A stretch of 64,000 bases of DNA from Amoebidium appalachense (Eukaryota > Protista > Ichthyosporea). A model generated the notes under the pieces. That model searched no databases, was not told where the DNA came from, and saw only the letters and a program-made list of their open reading frames with translations. Positions 58,062 to 64,000 of this stretch are shown one piece after another. A program made the position numbers and the translations under genes. Location of the stretch: NCBI GenBank assembly GCA_963693365.1, contig CAVNZM010000007.1, positions 8,925,962 to 8,989,961 of the forward strand, given 5' to 3'. Every line of letters starts with the position of its first letter. Within the stretch, counting starts at the first letter, position 1.

Positions 58062-58690
58062 AACACGAGGCAGAATGCAAGCCATACATAAAGAGTATGC
58101 ATAATAAGCAGAGCCCATCCTCAGGGGGGGCCCACGTCATCCACAGTACCCGAATTTCGACCTATTCACCTCGTCAACGAAACCCAACTCAGATACTGTT
58201 TCACTTGAACATGGGTAGGTCACCCGTCTTGATCAGAGACGAGCAGGGTTGCTTATGCAGGCAAGGGGCAGTGGGAAAGGCCGGGGGTTAAAGTTGCAGC
58301 AGTAAGCAGAAGCGAGAAAAATGTAGATAGGAACTCAGGAGACGGGGCTTCTAGGAAGCTCCCCCGTCGCTACCTAAGTCGATACTTCCCTGGCTAACAT
58401 ACTACACCAGCTGAAAAGAATTAAGTCCCGAAGGCCGCAGAATTCGCAATCAGAGGGGAAAATATGAGATTTGACCCACGCCGCAGGGTAGTAACACGCT
58501 TACTAGGGCGGAACTTTAAAGTCTTCGAACGGAAAGCTATGCCCCCGGATGTCAGCCGGAAATATGGTATCACCCATGGCTTTGGGCTTGAAAAAAGCCA
58601 AATCGATAGTCCGAGTTATATGTTACGCCGGCGGGTAACACGCCGCATGGGTTCCAAGGGAGCTGTCGCCAACAGAGCGGTGTGTGCATG
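58062..58690. repeat. Dispersed repeat, probable longer copy (possible retroelement 3' end on the minus strand)
   Basis: First ~115 bp match 36353-36472. The rest is non-microsatellite sequence with a hairpin GACGGGGCTTCTAGGAAGCTCCCCCGTC; the right boundary is uncertain. Confidence 0.4.
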
Positions 58691-59089
58691 CGTGCGCGTA
58701 ACACAATGTGTGAAGTGTGTCTATAGCTATGAGAGGGGGTATGCAGAAGTGGACAGATGAAGTGTGTGGAGGGAAAAACAGTAGGAAGAAAAATAGACAC
58801 CGGTGGGGTGGGGGGGAAGGGGAGGGGGGAAGGGGAGGGGGGTTGTGAGCTTGTGAACTATGCAATGATGTAATGTACAAGCTTATTACGAATTGATAGG
58901 TTCGTGGCTGCACGGCGATTAGTGTAAGGAACAGGCAACTCGGAGCTGTTGACACGACAGAATGCGGCTTTGAAGCTGTTATCTTTCTCGTCTTCTTTGT
59001 TTTTTTTTTTCCTTTTTTTTTTTTTCTCCCTTCCCCTCCCCCCTCCGCCCTCCTCCTCCCCCCCCCCCCCCCCCCCCCCCCCCGCCGTG

Positions 59090-59120
<31 letters not shown>

Positions 59121-59389
59121 AGGGGCAGATTTTAAGGGTTTATCCATTTTGTGTTTAATTGTAAACGTATGTACAATTCATTCTTGGACTTGCCCTGTAC
59201 AGCAAAAAATCCTTTCATCTCTCTACTCCCATTCAACTTAATTACCTACATGCCTTAGATCCAACTACTAGTAACTGAACTTTTATCACTTCACGTACGA
59301 CACAACTGTACAAAACTTGATGACATAGCGAGTGCAAGATTCTATGTATATGCATACGTATGTAGATACATTATCCGCACATGTTATGG

Positions 59390-63965
<4,576 letters not shown>

Positions 63966-64000
63966 TCACTGTGTATGTCTAAATGTTAGATATCCTCTAC

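Overview
Eukaryotic genomic DNA with spliceosomal introns packed with poly-G/poly-C and (CA)n/(GT)n tracts. Gene content (syntenin-like tandem PDZ, DUS2 with dsRBD, Polinton/adintovirus relic) suggests a holozoan, possibly an ichthyosporean; this is inference only. The first ~21 kb is a nest of mobile elements: an uninterrupted THAP + P-element transposase ORF running off the window start (absent from the ORF track), a CACTA/EnSpm-like non-autonomous element, a 5'-truncated chromodomain Ty3/Gypsy with PPT and 3' LTR, and an inverted-repeat pair flanking a TM/coiled-coil ORF. It also holds one end of a Polinton/adintovirus-like element (hairpin-rich terminus plus the TP/OTU-like N-terminus of a protein-primed PolB), split by a solo LTR with a 5-bp TSD and abutting a 5'-less histidine-phosphatase gene. 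The rest holds host genes: an intronless syntenin-like gene, a Ras-superfamily pseudo-GTPase, SLC25A19/TPC1 (8 exons, one GC-AG intron), DUS2 and a pectin-acetylesterase/Notum-family gene (5' partial). Most ORF-track entries are microsatellite or homopolymer artefacts. All family calls come from manual translation and motif recognition; no searches were run.
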